DNA of 64,000 nt from assembly GCA_031178305.1 (NCBI GenBank), contig JAPSJG010000001.1:7830-71829 (forward strand). The letters are read 5' to 3'. A program made the translations under genes and the position numbers. Below are positions 1-9,045 of the stretch, in pieces. The number at the start of each line of letters is the position of its first letter. Position 1 is the first letter of the stretch. The DNA comes from Sinorhizobium sp. Its GTDB lineage: Bacteria > Pseudomonadota > Alphaproteobacteria > Rhizobiales > Rhizobiaceae. The notes under the pieces were generated by a model. The model was given only the letters and a program-made list of their open reading frames with translations. It ran no database searches and had not been told where the DNA came from.

Positions 1-460
1 CCCGCCGCAGCGAGGGGCGCGCGGCGAGATGCGCTTCGGCGAAATGCGGAGCGAGCGCACCGGCGCCGACGACCAGAAGGTCTTCGACGTCCTCGCGGGC
101 GAGGATGGCGGCGCCGAGAGCGGAATCCGCGGCTGTCTTGCGCGCCGTCATGGCTGCGCCATCGGCGATAAGCAGCGGCCCGCCGGTCTTGCCGTCGAAT
201 AGCGCCACCAGCCCTTGAACGGCCGGCTGCGGTGGCGTGAGGCTCGTGTTCTGTGGAAAGACGCCGACCATCTTCACGACGATTGGTCCGCCGGAAGCCC
301 AGCCCGGCAGGGTAACGAACTGCGCTTCGCCGCCGGCTGGGTCGGATTGCACCACGACCTCGGAGGCAGGCATTTCCCCGAGATGCGCCTTGCGCAGTGC
401 CTCGATCAGAAACTGCCAGGAAAGCGCCGCGTGAACGGCGGCGGCATCGAAAACGAGCAT
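1..460 (-). CDS. Ornithine cyclodeaminase/mu-crystallin family protein (possibly cyclic imino-acid reductase); 3' end outside window
   Basis: Manual translation from ATG 460 (GAAAGG RBS): MLVFDAAAVHAAL...VKMVGVFPQN...LFDGKTG...DGAAMTARKTAADSALGA...LVVGAGALA, typical OCD/CRYM N-terminus plus Rossmann motif; absent from ORF track because truncated. Confidence 0.85.
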   Translation of the reverse strand, partial: MLVFDAAAVHAALSWQFLIEALRKAHLGEMPASEVVVQSDPAGGEAQFVTLPGWASGGPIVVKMVGVFPQNTSLTPPQPAVQGLVALFDGKTGGPLLIADGAAMTARKTAADSALGAAILAREDVEDLLVVGAGALAPHFAEAHLAARPSLRR

Positions 461-470
461 GTCGAACCTT

Positions 471-1181
471 TCAGGTCTTGATCGTGTAGGTGACCAGATG
501 GCTTGGGGTGACGAGCTGCGACAGAGCGAGCGGGCGCCCCTCGGCGTCGGTGACTATCTTTTCGATGCGGTAGACGGGCTGGGCGGCGCTGACGGAAAGA
601 ATGGCGCGCTCGCTGGCCGAGGCGAGGTTGACGTCGATCTGCCGCTCTGCATGGGCCGGCTCAATGCCGGCCTTGTCGCGCAAGGCGGCGAAGAAGGAGC
701 CGCCGGCGGCGACCGTCTCTACCACATCGGGAAAGCGCGCCGCGTCGAACCAGAGGGTTTCCAGCGTCATCGGCCTGCCGTCGTCCTCCAGCAGCCGGTC
801 GAAGCGGATCAGGGCTTCCGCCTGCACCCGGGCGCGGATGGCCGGCGCATCGGGATTGTCGGTCCGAGCAAGGATGCGATGGCTGGCTTTTCGGCCGAGC
901 CCGTCCATCGTTTCGGAAAAGCCGGAGAGGGAAACGAGCGTCTGGCGCACCTTGCCCGGCATGACCAAGGTGCCGCGGCCCTGCTGCCGCTGCAGGCGGC
1001 CGTCGCCGCAAAGCTCGCCGATGGCGCGCCTGATGGTGATCCGGCTGACCCCATACCGCGCCATCAGCTCCGGCTCGGGGGGCAGAAAGCTGCCCTCGGC
1101 GAACTGGCCGGTTTCGATGCCGGCCAGGATCTCGCGCCGGACCTGTTCGTAGAGCGGCAAAAGGTTTGCTTGATCTTCCAT
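471..1181 (-). CDS. GntR/HutC-family regulator with UTRA domain (FrlR-like)
   Basis: PLYEQV...LPPEPELMARYGVSRITIRRAI...QGRGT wHTH; UTRA-type C-terminus; directly downstream of FrlB-like gene. Confidence 0.9.
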   Translation of the reverse strand: MEDQANLLPLYEQVRREILAGIETGQFAEGSFLPPEPELMARYGVSRITIRRAIGELCGDGRLQRQQGRGTLVMPGKVRQTLVSLSGFSETMDGLGRKASHRILARTDNPDAPAIRARVQAEALIRFDRLLEDDGRPMTLETLWFDAARFPDVVETVAAGGSFFAALRDKAGIEPAHAERQIDVNLASASERAILSVSAAQPVYRIEKIVTDAEGRPLALSQLVTPSHLVTYTIKT

Positions 1182-1199
1182 CCGCCCTTCCAGGCCTTT

Positions 1200-2201
1200 T
1201 CAGTAGCTGATCTTCTTCATGTAGCGCCGCGCCTCAAGCATTTCGTGCTTGCGCAGGTCGGCGATCTTATAGGCGAAACGCCAGAGCGTGTCGAAGAAGA
1301 TCAGTGGCACGACGTTGCCCCGGAACTGCGGGTCGATGCCGGAGAGATCGAGCTTTTCAGCATCCAACACCAGGATGTTCTCGGCCGAGCCGAAGCGGTG
1401 CAGGAATTCGTCGGCGCGCTGTTCGAGCGGCCGCGTGCTGTCGAGACCCTTCATCAGGATGAAGGCGCGGTTCTTGTCCAGCACCTCGAAGGGGCCGTGG
1501 AAGAACTCGTTGGCATGGATCGCCTGGCTGTTGATCCACTGCATTTCCATGAGCACGCAGATCGCGAAGGAATAGGCCGCGCCGTAGCTCGCGCCGCTGG
1601 CGACCGTGTAGACCACGTCTTCCTTGGCAAAACGCGGCGCATAGTCCTCGAACATCGGCGCGAAGGTGGCGTGCGCCCGGTCGATTGCCGGCTGCAGGGC
1701 AACAAGGCTGTCGATCAGCGTCTCGGTCAAGTCTTCGCCGCCGGTGAGCGCAACGAGACCCATCACGATCTGGTAGATCCGCGAATAGTTGCTGTTCTTC
1801 GCATCGATCGGCACGCCGGTCGTGTAGGGCGCTTCGAAGCCGACAACATGGTCGACCGCCTTCGCGAGGGGGGAGGCGGGCTCCACCGTCAGGCCGATGG
1901 TGGTGGCGCCTTTCGAACGGGCGAATTCGGCCGCGGCGGTGGTTTCCTTCGTCGTGCCGGTCATCGAGCAGAGAATGACCAGCGCATTCCGGTCGAGCGA
2001 GCGCGGAGCGCGGGCGACGAACTCGGCGGCATTATAGACGTCTGACGGCAGCGGCGCGTGCTGGTCGAGCAGGAACTTGGCCGGATGCATGATCGACAGC
2101 GAGCCGCCGCAGGCGACGAAGAACACATACTTCACCGATTTTGCGTCGAGGGCGGAAAGCGCCGCAACGACGCCGGCGTCAAAGGCGGAGGGGAGGGACA
2201 T
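1200..2201 (-). CDS. frlB: SIS-domain fructosamine-6-phosphate deglycase (FrlB-like)
   Basis: FVACGGS, CSMTGTTKET, LMEMQWI, EFFHGPFE and C-terminal RRYM motifs characteristic of FrlB. Confidence 0.8.
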   Translation of the reverse strand: MSLPSAFDAGVVAALSALDAKSVKYVFFVACGGSLSIMHPAKFLLDQHAPLPSDVYNAAEFVARAPRSLDRNALVILCSMTGTTKETTAAAEFARSKGATTIGLTVEPASPLAKAVDHVVGFEAPYTTGVPIDAKNSNYSRIYQIVMGLVALTGGEDLTETLIDSLVALQPAIDRAHATFAPMFEDYAPRFAKEDVVYTVASGASYGAAYSFAICVLMEMQWINSQAIHANEFFHGPFEVLDKNRAFILMKGLDSTRPLEQRADEFLHRFGSAENILVLDAEKLDLSGIDPQFRGNVVPLIFFDTLWRFAYKIADLRKHEMLEARRYMKKISY

Positions 2202-2216
2202 GGTCGTACCTTTCTA

Positions 2217-2228
2217 TATGACGTCATA
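2217..2228. promoter_or_regulatory. Perfect palindrome TATGACGTCATA, candidate GntR/FrlR-like operator
   Basis: 12-bp perfect palindrome about 15 bp upstream of the frlB-like start in an AT-rich intergenic region. Confidence 0.55.
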
Positions 2229-2247
2229 ATACGTATTGTAAATCTCA

Positions 2248-2278
2248 CGGAGGTGTCAAGCGGACCTTGACACCTCCG
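2248..2278. promoter_or_regulatory. 13-bp perfect inverted repeat carrying back-to-back TTGACA hexamers (divergent promoter region)
   Basis: CGGAGGTGTCAAG-cggac-CTTGACACCTCCG between divergent operons. Confidence 0.55.
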
Positions 2279-2287
2279 CCAAAACTT

Positions 2288-2301
2288 TGCGAACGTTCTC
2301 A
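2288..2301. promoter_or_regulatory. LacI-type operator TGCGAACGTTCTCA
   Basis: CG-centred near-palindrome; exact reverse-complement copy at 3870-3883. Confidence 0.65.
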
Positions 2302-2348
2302 CATTGTAACGGGAATGTCATCGCTGCGGTGATGGGCGGGAGTGGAGC

Positions 2349-3842
2349 GTGACCGAGATCTACGATACCGTGGTTGTCGGCGGCGGCATTATCGCCGCGG
2401 CGGCTGGTCAGCACCTGGCGGCGGCGGGCTATCGCACGCTGCTGGTCGAGCGCGACGACTACGGCGCGGGCACCTCCAGCAAGACCTCGCGGTTGCAGCA
2501 TTGCGGGCTCGGCTATCTTTCCGCCGCCAGCGGATCGATTGCTGCCTTTCTGGCCCACCCGCGCAGCGCGATCGAGTGCGTCAGCCTCATGCGCCGCTCG
2601 ATGCAGGGGCGGGCGGAGTTCGTGCGTTTGGCGCCCGAGCGGGTGAAGCCCGTCGCCTTCATCATTCCGCTGACGCCGGAAAACGCCATTCCCCACTGGA
2701 AAGCCCGCCTGGCTTTTCGTCTGATGACGGCAAGCGACGGCGGCAAGGTGCCGCTCAACCTTCGCATCCTTTCCGCTGAAGAGGCGCGGGCGCATCCGGC
2801 CCTTCAGGGCATGGCGGGCCTTAAAAGTATTCGGGGAGTGATGAGCTTCACCGAATACCAGTATCACTGGCCGGAGCGCATCGTGGTCGATACGGTGATG
2901 AAGGCGCGGGCGATCGGCATGGAGGCGCTGAATCATACGGCGGTGACGGGGCTAGCGCGGCAGGGTGATCTCTGGCGGGTCATTCTGACGGCCGCCGAGG
3001 GATCGCGCGATGTTCTGGCGCGTGCGGTCGTCAATTGCGCGGGCGTGTGGATCGATGAGGTCACTGCGCTGGCGGGGGCACCGCATATTCGCAAGAATAC
3101 CGGCGAGAAGGGCACCAACATCGTTGTCCGCCTGCCGGAGGGCCTGCGCGGCATCGGCTTCGAGACCGTGACGGCGGCGGGTGCACCCTTCTATCTTATC
3201 CCCTGGGGCGAGCTTCATTATGTCGGCCCGTGGGATTCTGCCTCGGATGGCAGGCCGGAAGGCTTTCGCGCGACGGAGGCGGAGATCGCCGCCATTCTCG
3301 ATCAGCTCGGCCGCCTGTTCCCGAGTTTCGGCCTGAAGCGCGAGGATGTGCTCTATGCCTGGGCTGGCGTGCGGCCGCGCAGCCTTGCCAGGGACGGCAA
3401 GGGGTCCGCGCCCGTCGTCCGCGAGCATGATCTCACCGATGAGGGCTTGCCTAATGTCTTCACTTTCACCGGTGGGCTGCTGATGACCCACCGTGATGCC
3501 GGGCGGCGGCTGACGCGCGCCGTTGCGCGCCGGCTAAGACCTTCCGGCCCGCCGCGCCAGCTCGATGAGCCGTCGCTGCATCTTCCGGATATGGACCAAG
3601 TCACGGAAGCCTCGGTCGCCCATGCTGTCCTCAACGAGCAGGCGCGCACGCTCTCAGATATCCTGCGCCGCCGCCTTTCCGTCGGCTGGGAGCCGGATCT
3701 CGGCCTACGCCATGTGGAAAGGGCCGCGAAGCTTGCGGCACCGCATCTCGGCTGGACGCCTGAAGAGACGGCGGCAAAGATCGCCGATTTCATCGACGAG
3801 ACGACAACCGAATTCAGTGTTCGGACATCTCAGCCGCCATGA
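2349..3842 (+). CDS. FAD-dependent glycerol-3-phosphate dehydrogenase/oxidase family protein (GlpD/EryB-like)
   Basis: VVGGGII, GTSSKTSRLQHCGLGYL, VNCAGVW, AWAGVRP and C-terminal EQARTLSDILRRR motifs; GTG start with GGAG RBS. Confidence 0.85.
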   Translation: MTEIYDTVVVGGGIIAAAAGQHLAAAGYRTLLVERDDYGAGTSSKTSRLQHCGLGYLSAASGSIAAFLAHPRSAIECVSLMRRSMQGRAEFVRLAPERVKPVAFIIPLTPENAIPHWKARLAFRLMTASDGGKVPLNLRILSAEEARAHPALQGMAGLKSIRGVMSFTEYQYHWPERIVVDTVMKARAIGMEALNHTAVTGLARQGDLWRVILTAAEGSRDVLARAVVNCAGVWIDEVTALAGAPHIRKNTGEKGTNIVVRLPEGLRGIGFETVTAAGAPFYLIPWGELHYVGPWDSASDGRPEGFRATEAEIAAILDQLGRLFPSFGLKREDVLYAWAGVRPRSLARDGKGSAPVVREHDLTDEGLPNVFTFTGGLLMTHRDAGRRLTRAVARRLRPSGPPRQLDEPSLHLPDMDQVTEASVAHAVLNEQARTLSDILRRRLSVGWEPDLGLRHVERAAKLAAPHLGWTPEETAAKIADFIDETTTEFSVRTSQPP

Positions 3843-3869
3843 AGCGGCGCGCAGACCTGCAGAATCGAA

Positions 3870-3883
3870 TGAGAACGTTCGCA
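3870..3883. promoter_or_regulatory. LacI-type operator TGAGAACGTTCGCA
   Basis: Exact reverse complement of 2288-2301, intergenic, upstream of the FrlC-like gene. Confidence 0.65.
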
Positions 3884-3931
3884 TAAGTAAGCTGAAGTTG
3901 CCGCATCGGCGATCACTAGAGAGGACAGAAT

Positions 3932-4771
3932 ATGGCACTTGATGAGCGCAATATCGGCGTGATGAATTTTCACTATGTGCGGCATACGATGGACCGGTTT
4001 CTGGCCGATGTCTGCGATGCCGGGGTTTCGCGTATCGAGCTTTGGGCGGCCGCGCCGCATTTCTATATCGGCGACAAGACGCTAGCCGACGCGCGGGCTC
4101 TGGGACGGAAAGTGCGTGGCATGGGCCTCAACATCGTTGCCTTCACGCCTGAGCAATGCATCTACCCGATCAATATCTCCGCGAGGGAGCCGGAGCTGCG
4201 CGACCGCTCGCTGCGCTACTTCCTGGAGTCGATGGAATTTGCCATCGAATGCGGCGCCCCGGCGCTTCTGGTCACCGCAGGCGGCGGCTATCGCGACGAG
4301 CCGACGGAACAGGCACTGGAGCGCTGTGCCGACTCCATGGGCATCCTCTGCGACCGCGCGCAGAAACTCGGCATCGATCTCTGGATGGAATCCCTGCCGG
4401 ACTCCTTTGCCAACATCATCCGCTCGGCCCGGGAAATCCGCGAACTGATGGACAAGCTTAAGAGCTCCGCGCTTCACGCGGTCTACGACGTGGCCGGCGC
4501 GGTAATGACACGTGAGACGCCGGAGGACTATTTCACCCATCTCGCCGGCCGCGTGGCGCATGTGCATTTCACCGATTCCGATGCCGGCGGTAGCCACCTC
4601 GCCTGGGGCGATGGCATCATCGATCTCGACAAGCTGGTCGCCTATCTACGCAGCCAGAATTACGAAGGATCGCTGACGATCGAGCTGACCAACTGGAAAT
4701 ACAATGTCGATCCTACCCCGCCGCTGAAACAATGCGTCGAGGCCATGCGCAAGGCCCTCGGTTCGGAATAG
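3932..4771 (+). CDS. Sugar phosphate isomerase/epimerase TIM barrel, fructoselysine 3-epimerase (FrlC)-like
   Basis: IELWAAAPH, FTPEQCIYPINI, metal ligands in WMES, YDVA, HVHFTD, SHLAWGDG and TIEL; GAGGA RBS. Confidence 0.75.
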   Translation: MALDERNIGVMNFHYVRHTMDRFLADVCDAGVSRIELWAAAPHFYIGDKTLADARALGRKVRGMGLNIVAFTPEQCIYPINISAREPELRDRSLRYFLESMEFAIECGAPALLVTAGGGYRDEPTEQALERCADSMGILCDRAQKLGIDLWMESLPDSFANIIRSAREIRELMDKLKSSALHAVYDVAGAVMTRETPEDYFTHLAGRVAHVHFTDSDAGGSHLAWGDGIIDLDKLVAYLRSQNYEGSLTIELTNWKYNVDPTPPLKQCVEAMRKALGSE

Positions 4772-4788
4772 GCGGGGAGGGCTCGGAC

Positions 4789-6840
4789 ATGGAGGAACAA
4801 AACCCAGCCGCTGCGCCGGCAGGCAGGGCCGATGCGTTGCTGCGACCGCTGCAGCTTGGCCGGCTTACTCTGCGCAACCGGATCATGAGCACCAGTCACG
4901 AGACCGCCCTCGAGGAGGGCGGACACCCGCTGGAAGCCTATCAGCGTTATCACGAGGAGAAGGCCAAGGGCGGCCTCGCGCTGACGATGTTCGGCGGCTC
5001 GGCGCGCATCTCCGCCGATACGAGCTGGGGCGGCACGCAGCTGGACGTGTCGAGCGATGCGGTCATCCCGGCGTTCCGCACGTTTTCCGAGCGCATCCAC
5101 GGCCATGGGGCGGCGCTCATGTGCCAGATCTCCCATGTCGGCCGGCGGGCGAATGCCACGGTCGGCGCGTGGCTTCCCGCGCTCGGCCCCTCCCATTCCC
5201 GCGAGGATTATAACCGCAACTTCGCCCATGAGATGGACAGCCACGATATCGCGCGCATTGTGCGAGACTTTGGCCATGCGGCGCGACGGGCGCGCGAGGG
5301 CGGTCTCGACGGCATCGAGACGATGACCGGAGGCCACCTGATCGGGCAGTTCCTGTCGCCGATGGTCAATCGCCGCACCGATGAATTCGGCGGCTCCCTT
5401 GAAAACCGGATGCGCTTCCTGCGCATGGTTTACGAAGAGATCCGCCAGCAAGTGGGAAGCCATTATCCGGTCGGCATCCGCTACACGATCGATGAGGATC
5501 ACAAGGACGGCCTGAGCTTTGCCGAGGCAGTCACCGTTGCTAACAGGCTGGAGCGGGAAGGGCTGGTCGATTTCTTCAATTGCATCTTCGGCCGGTTCGA
5601 CACCCGCCTCAACCTGCTGGTCTATAACATTCCCGACATGACGGCGGCATCCGCGCCATGGCTGCGCCAAGTCGGGACGTTCAAGGCGGAAACGAGCCTG
5701 CCGGTCTTCCACGCTGCCAAGATCGCGGATGTCGCGACCGCGCGCTACGCGATCGATGCGGGGCTGGTCGACATGGTCGGCATGACGCGTGCGCATATGG
5801 CAGATCCGCAGATCGTCAACAAACTGCGCTCGGGCAGGCAGGACCAGATCCGGCCGTGCGTCGGCGCATCGCATTGTCTCTATCGTCCGGTGCATTGCAT
5901 CCACAATCCGGCAACGGGCCGCGAGACCTGGTTGCCGCAGGTGATCGGGCGCTCGGCGGATGCCGGGCGCAAGGCAGTCGTCGTGGGCGGCGGGCCAGCA
6001 GGGCTGGAGGCTGCGCGGGTGCTCGCCGAGCGGGGCCACCACGTCGTGCTCCTGGAAGCGGCGGACCGGCTTGGCGGGCAGCTCGTGCTGGCTGCAAAGG
6101 CCCGTCTCCGCCGCGACCTGATCGGCATCGTTGACTGGCGCGTTGCCGAGCTGGAGCGCCTCGGGGTGGATGTCCGGCTCAATGTCTATGCGGAGGCGCT
6201 GGACGTTCTTGCCGACGCGCCAGATCTCGTTCTCGTCGCCACCGGCGGCATTCCGGATTTCGGGTCTGTCGGGGGAAGCGAGCTGTGCCTCAGTGTCTTC
6301 GACGCTCTTGGCAATCCCGCGCAGGTCGCGGATGACGTGCTGATCTATGACGCGACCGGGCGCCATCCCGCGCCCTCGGCCGCCGCCGAGATCGCAGCAA
6401 CCGGTAGAACGGTGACTTTCGTCGCCCGCGACACTTCCATCGCGCCGGAGATGGAGCATCACTCGAGCATCACCTACCGCAAGGCGCTCGCCGGGCATGA
6501 CGTGCGGGTTCTGCTGGAACACGAACTGGTGTCGGTGAGCGCGCGGGATGGACGGCGGGAGGTGGTGTTGCGGCACCTGCTCACGGGCCGGGAACGGCGC
6601 GAGACCTTTGCGCAGGTCATCGTCGAGCATGGGACGATCCCGGTGAACGATCTCTTCGACGAGCTGCGGGCCTTCTCGGCAAACGATGGCGTCACGGAGA
6701 TCGAAAGCTTGATCGGTCCTGCACCACTACGCGGCCGGCGAATCTCTGGTTTCGAGCTGCACAGGATCGGGGATGCTGTCAGCAGCCGGTCGGTTCATGC
6801 TGCGATGCTGGATGCCCTAAGGCTCGCGGTGCAATTCTGA
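4789..6840 (+). CDS. NADH:flavin oxidoreductase (OYE + Fe-S + FAD domains), StcD/DgcA N-dealkylase-like
   Basis: LRNRIMSTSHE, GHLIGQFLSP, NRRTDEFGGSLENRMRF, PCVGASHC...CIHNP, VVGGGPAGLEAA; start moved to ATG 4789 (GGAGG RBS). Confidence 0.85.
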   Translation: MEEQNPAAAPAGRADALLRPLQLGRLTLRNRIMSTSHETALEEGGHPLEAYQRYHEEKAKGGLALTMFGGSARISADTSWGGTQLDVSSDAVIPAFRTFSERIHGHGAALMCQISHVGRRANATVGAWLPALGPSHSREDYNRNFAHEMDSHDIARIVRDFGHAARRAREGGLDGIETMTGGHLIGQFLSPMVNRRTDEFGGSLENRMRFLRMVYEEIRQQVGSHYPVGIRYTIDEDHKDGLSFAEAVTVANRLEREGLVDFFNCIFGRFDTRLNLLVYNIPDMTAASAPWLRQVGTFKAETSLPVFHAAKIADVATARYAIDAGLVDMVGMTRAHMADPQIVNKLRSGRQDQIRPCVGASHCLYRPVHCIHNPATGRETWLPQVIGRSADAGRKAVVVGGGPAGLEAARVLAERGHHVVLLEAADRLGGQLVLAAKARLRRDLIGIVDWRVAELERLGVDVRLNVYAEALDVLADAPDLVLVATGGIPDFGSVGGSELCLSVFDALGNPAQVADDVLIYDATGRHPAPSAAAEIAATGRTVTFVARDTSIAPEMEHHSSITYRKALAGHDVRVLLEHELVSVSARDGRREVVLRHLLTGRERRETFAQVIVEHGTIPVNDLFDELRAFSANDGVTEIESLIGPAPLRGRRISGFELHRIGDAVSSRSVHAAMLDALRLAVQF

Positions 6841-7920
6841 AGCACCCACACTGTCTGCGGGAGCGGCGACGGAGGCGCGCTCGACGACTTCCGTTCGCAG
6901 GACAACGCGGTTAGCCTCCCCGTCGGTTCCATTCAGCCGACCGACCAGCAGCTTGGCCGCCGTCTCGCCGAGGCGGTATACAGGCTGGCGCACGACGGTG
7001 ACGGGGGGCGTCGTGACGGAAGTCCAGTCCGCATCGTGGAACGATACCAGCGACAGGTCGTCCGGAATGGTTAGGCCGAGTTCGCGGCCGACCTTGAATA
7101 CTTCGAGGCCGATCACGCTGTCCGAGGCAATGATCGCGGTCGGGCGCTGCGGGGATTTGAGCATCGCCGTCACGATGCGGTGGGTATGTTCCGGCGTGAC
7201 CGCGCCCACATGCACCCAGTCTTCCATTCCCTGAAGGCCCGCCTCGCGGCAGACGCCGAGAAAACCCTCGATGCGCCGGCGCACCGAGCCAGTGTTGATG
7301 TCGTCCGGCGCGCGGAAGCAGTGGTCCGGGGTGTCGCAGGCAGTGAGATAGGCGATGCGGCGATGGCCGAGCGCAAGGAGCCGGCGCGTGATGCCTTCGG
7401 CGGCGTGCCGGTCGTCCGCAAGCACCGTATCGACGTTAAGTGCCTCGCTGCCGCGGTCGAGCAGCACGAGCGGTCGGCCGGAGCGGGTCGCCTCCTTAAG
7501 ATGCCCGACATCGCTTTCCTTGGCGGGCGACACGATCAGGCCGTCCACTCGCTTTGCAAGCAGGGTGCGGATCGCAGCCTTCTCGGTGCCGACGTCCTCG
7601 CCCGAATTGATGAGGACGACGGTGAAGCCCGTCTGCCGCGCGACATCGGTAATGCCCCGCACTGCGAGGCTGAAGAAAGGGTTCTCGATGTCGCCGACGA
7701 CGACGCCGATCGTGCCGGAGCGGCCCGTGGTCATGCTGCGAGCAAGTTCGTTGGGTTGGTAGTCGAGGGCGCGGGCGGCGGCGGTCACGGCGTCGCGCAC
7801 CCGGTCGCTAACCGTGCCGTAGCCTCCCAGAACGCGCGCTGCGGTCGCCTTTGACACGCCCGCCTTGCGAGCGACATCGGCGACCGTGACGGAGGCGGAA
7901 CGGGTTGGGTTCTGGTCCAT
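6817..7920 (-). CDS. socR: LacI-family repressor of the soc operon (SocR-like)
   Basis: VTVADVARKAGVSKATAARVL HTH, YQPNELARSM hinge, IENPFF; divergent from socABCD-like genes. Confidence 0.75.
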   Translation of the reverse strand: MDQNPTRSASVTVADVARKAGVSKATAARVLGGYGTVSDRVRDAVTAAARALDYQPNELARSMTTGRSGTIGVVVGDIENPFFSLAVRGITDVARQTGFTVVLINSGEDVGTEKAAIRTLLAKRVDGLIVSPAKESDVGHLKEATRSGRPLVLLDRGSEALNVDTVLADDRHAAEGITRRLLALGHRRIAYLTACDTPDHCFRAPDDINTGSVRRRIEGFLGVCREAGLQGMEDWVHVGAVTPEHTHRIVTAMLKSPQRPTAIIASDSVIGLEVFKVGRELGLTIPDDLSLVSFHDADWTSVTTPPVTVVRQPVYRLGETAAKLLVGRLNGTDGEANRVVLRTEVVERASVAAPADSVGASELHREP

Positions 7921-7984
7921 GAACGCTAGCCTTACAAGAGATGTTGACGACTGGCAAATGCGAAGATAACAATTGCTAAAAGTA

Positions 7985-8022
7985 AAAGAGACCGGTCTCA
8001 TATTCGAAAGAGACCGGTCTCA
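7985..8022. promoter_or_regulatory. Tandem LacI-type operators AAAGAGACCGGTCTCA x2
   Basis: Perfect palindrome GAGACCGGTCTC at 7988-7999 and 8010-8021 (22-bp period) between socR and socA. Confidence 0.8.
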
Positions 8023-8148
8023 AGAATAAAAGGCAGAGAATTCCGGCATGCGAACTGCATGGGCGACGCGTGGGCCGCGCCACCGTCTGGACGGGACCCG
8101 TGTGCCTTGAAATCATCGCAGGCAAGACCACCAGAGGAGACGAAACCA

Positions 8149-8985
8149 ATGCGATTTACCGAATCTCTCACTTCCCCCTTTGCTCAAATGCGCGCCGCCG
8201 CCATCGCGGTAGCCCTCGGTCTGCTGGCCAGCGCAGCGACGCCAGCGCTCGCCGAGGACAATCCGCTAGGCCTCATCGATCCCGCTGTTATCAGCGTCGG
8301 CACAATGGGCGATGCCAAGCCCTATGCCTTCACCACCTCCGACGGCACATTCACCGGCTTCGATATCGAACTCTTCCTGAATGTCGCCGAGCGCATCGGC
8401 TTCAAGAAGGAGCAGGTGATCTTCACCGGCCAGGAATTCGCCGCGCTGATGCCGTCGGTCGCCAACAGCCGCTTCGACGTCGCGGCCGCCGCGATCGGCA
8501 CGACGGACAAGCGCAAGGAGACCGTCGATTTCACAAATGGTTATCTGGCGGGTTACCTGTCGGTCCTGACGGCGGACGCCGCGATCAAGGACGCCGCCAG
8601 CCTTCAGGGCAAGCGTCTCGGCGTCGTGCAGGGCACGCTCCAGGAGATCTACGCCCAGAAGAATTTCACGGGCGCCGATCTCGTCAAGTTCCCCGACAAC
8701 AACTCCGCGGTGGCCGCGCTCAACAACGGCACGGTGGACGCCCATTTCCTCGACTTCGAGGCCGCGAAGGACTATTCGGGCCGCTATGACGACCTGAAGG
8801 TGGCGGTAAACATCCCAAGCTTCGACGCGCCGGCCGGCTTCGTCGTGCGCAAGGGCAATGACGCGCTGCGCGAAGCGCTGAACAAGGGCCTGTTCGACGC
8901 CATGCAGGACGGCACCTGGAAAACCCTGCACGAAAAATGGTTCCCCGGCACGCCGATGCCGGATGCGTATCTTCCCAAGCAGTGA
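8149..8985 (+). CDS. socA: Deoxyfructosyl-amino acid (santhopine) ABC substrate-binding protein
   Basis: Signal peptide, then [23 protein letters not shown]...KWFPGTPMP, matching Agrobacterium SocA as recalled; GAGGAG RBS. Confidence 0.85.
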   Translation: MRFTESLTSPFAQMRAAAIAVALGLLASAATPALAEDNPLGLIDPAVISVGTMGDAKPYAFTTSDGTFTGFDIELFLNVAERIGFKKEQVIFTGQEFAALMPSVANSRFDVAAAAIGTTDKRKETVDFTNGYLAGYLSVLTADAAIKDAASLQGKRLGVVQGTLQEIYAQKNFTGADLVKFPDNNSAVAALNNGTVDAHFLDFEAAKDYSGRYDDLKVAVNIPSFDAPAGFVVRKGNDALREALNKGLFDAMQDGTWKTLHEKWFPGTPMPDAYLPKQ

Positions 8986-8995
8986 TGCCACCTTG

Positions 8996-9027
8996 CCGGT
9001 CCGGCCGCGCCGGTCGGACCGGTCTTT
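8996..9027 (+). terminator. GC-rich stem-loop after socA (mRNA stabiliser or partial terminator)
   Basis: CCGGTCCGGCCG-cgc-CGGTCGGACCGG followed by TCTTT. Confidence 0.5.
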
Positions 9028-9045
9028 CCTTCAAGGGACCTCCTG

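Noticed and set aside
459-2045. 528-aa + strand ORF
   Set aside because: Antisense shadow of the GntR and FrlB-like genes; no motifs; expected in high-GC DNA
4660-6630. 656-aa - strand ORF
   Set aside because: Antisense shadow of the flavoenzyme gene
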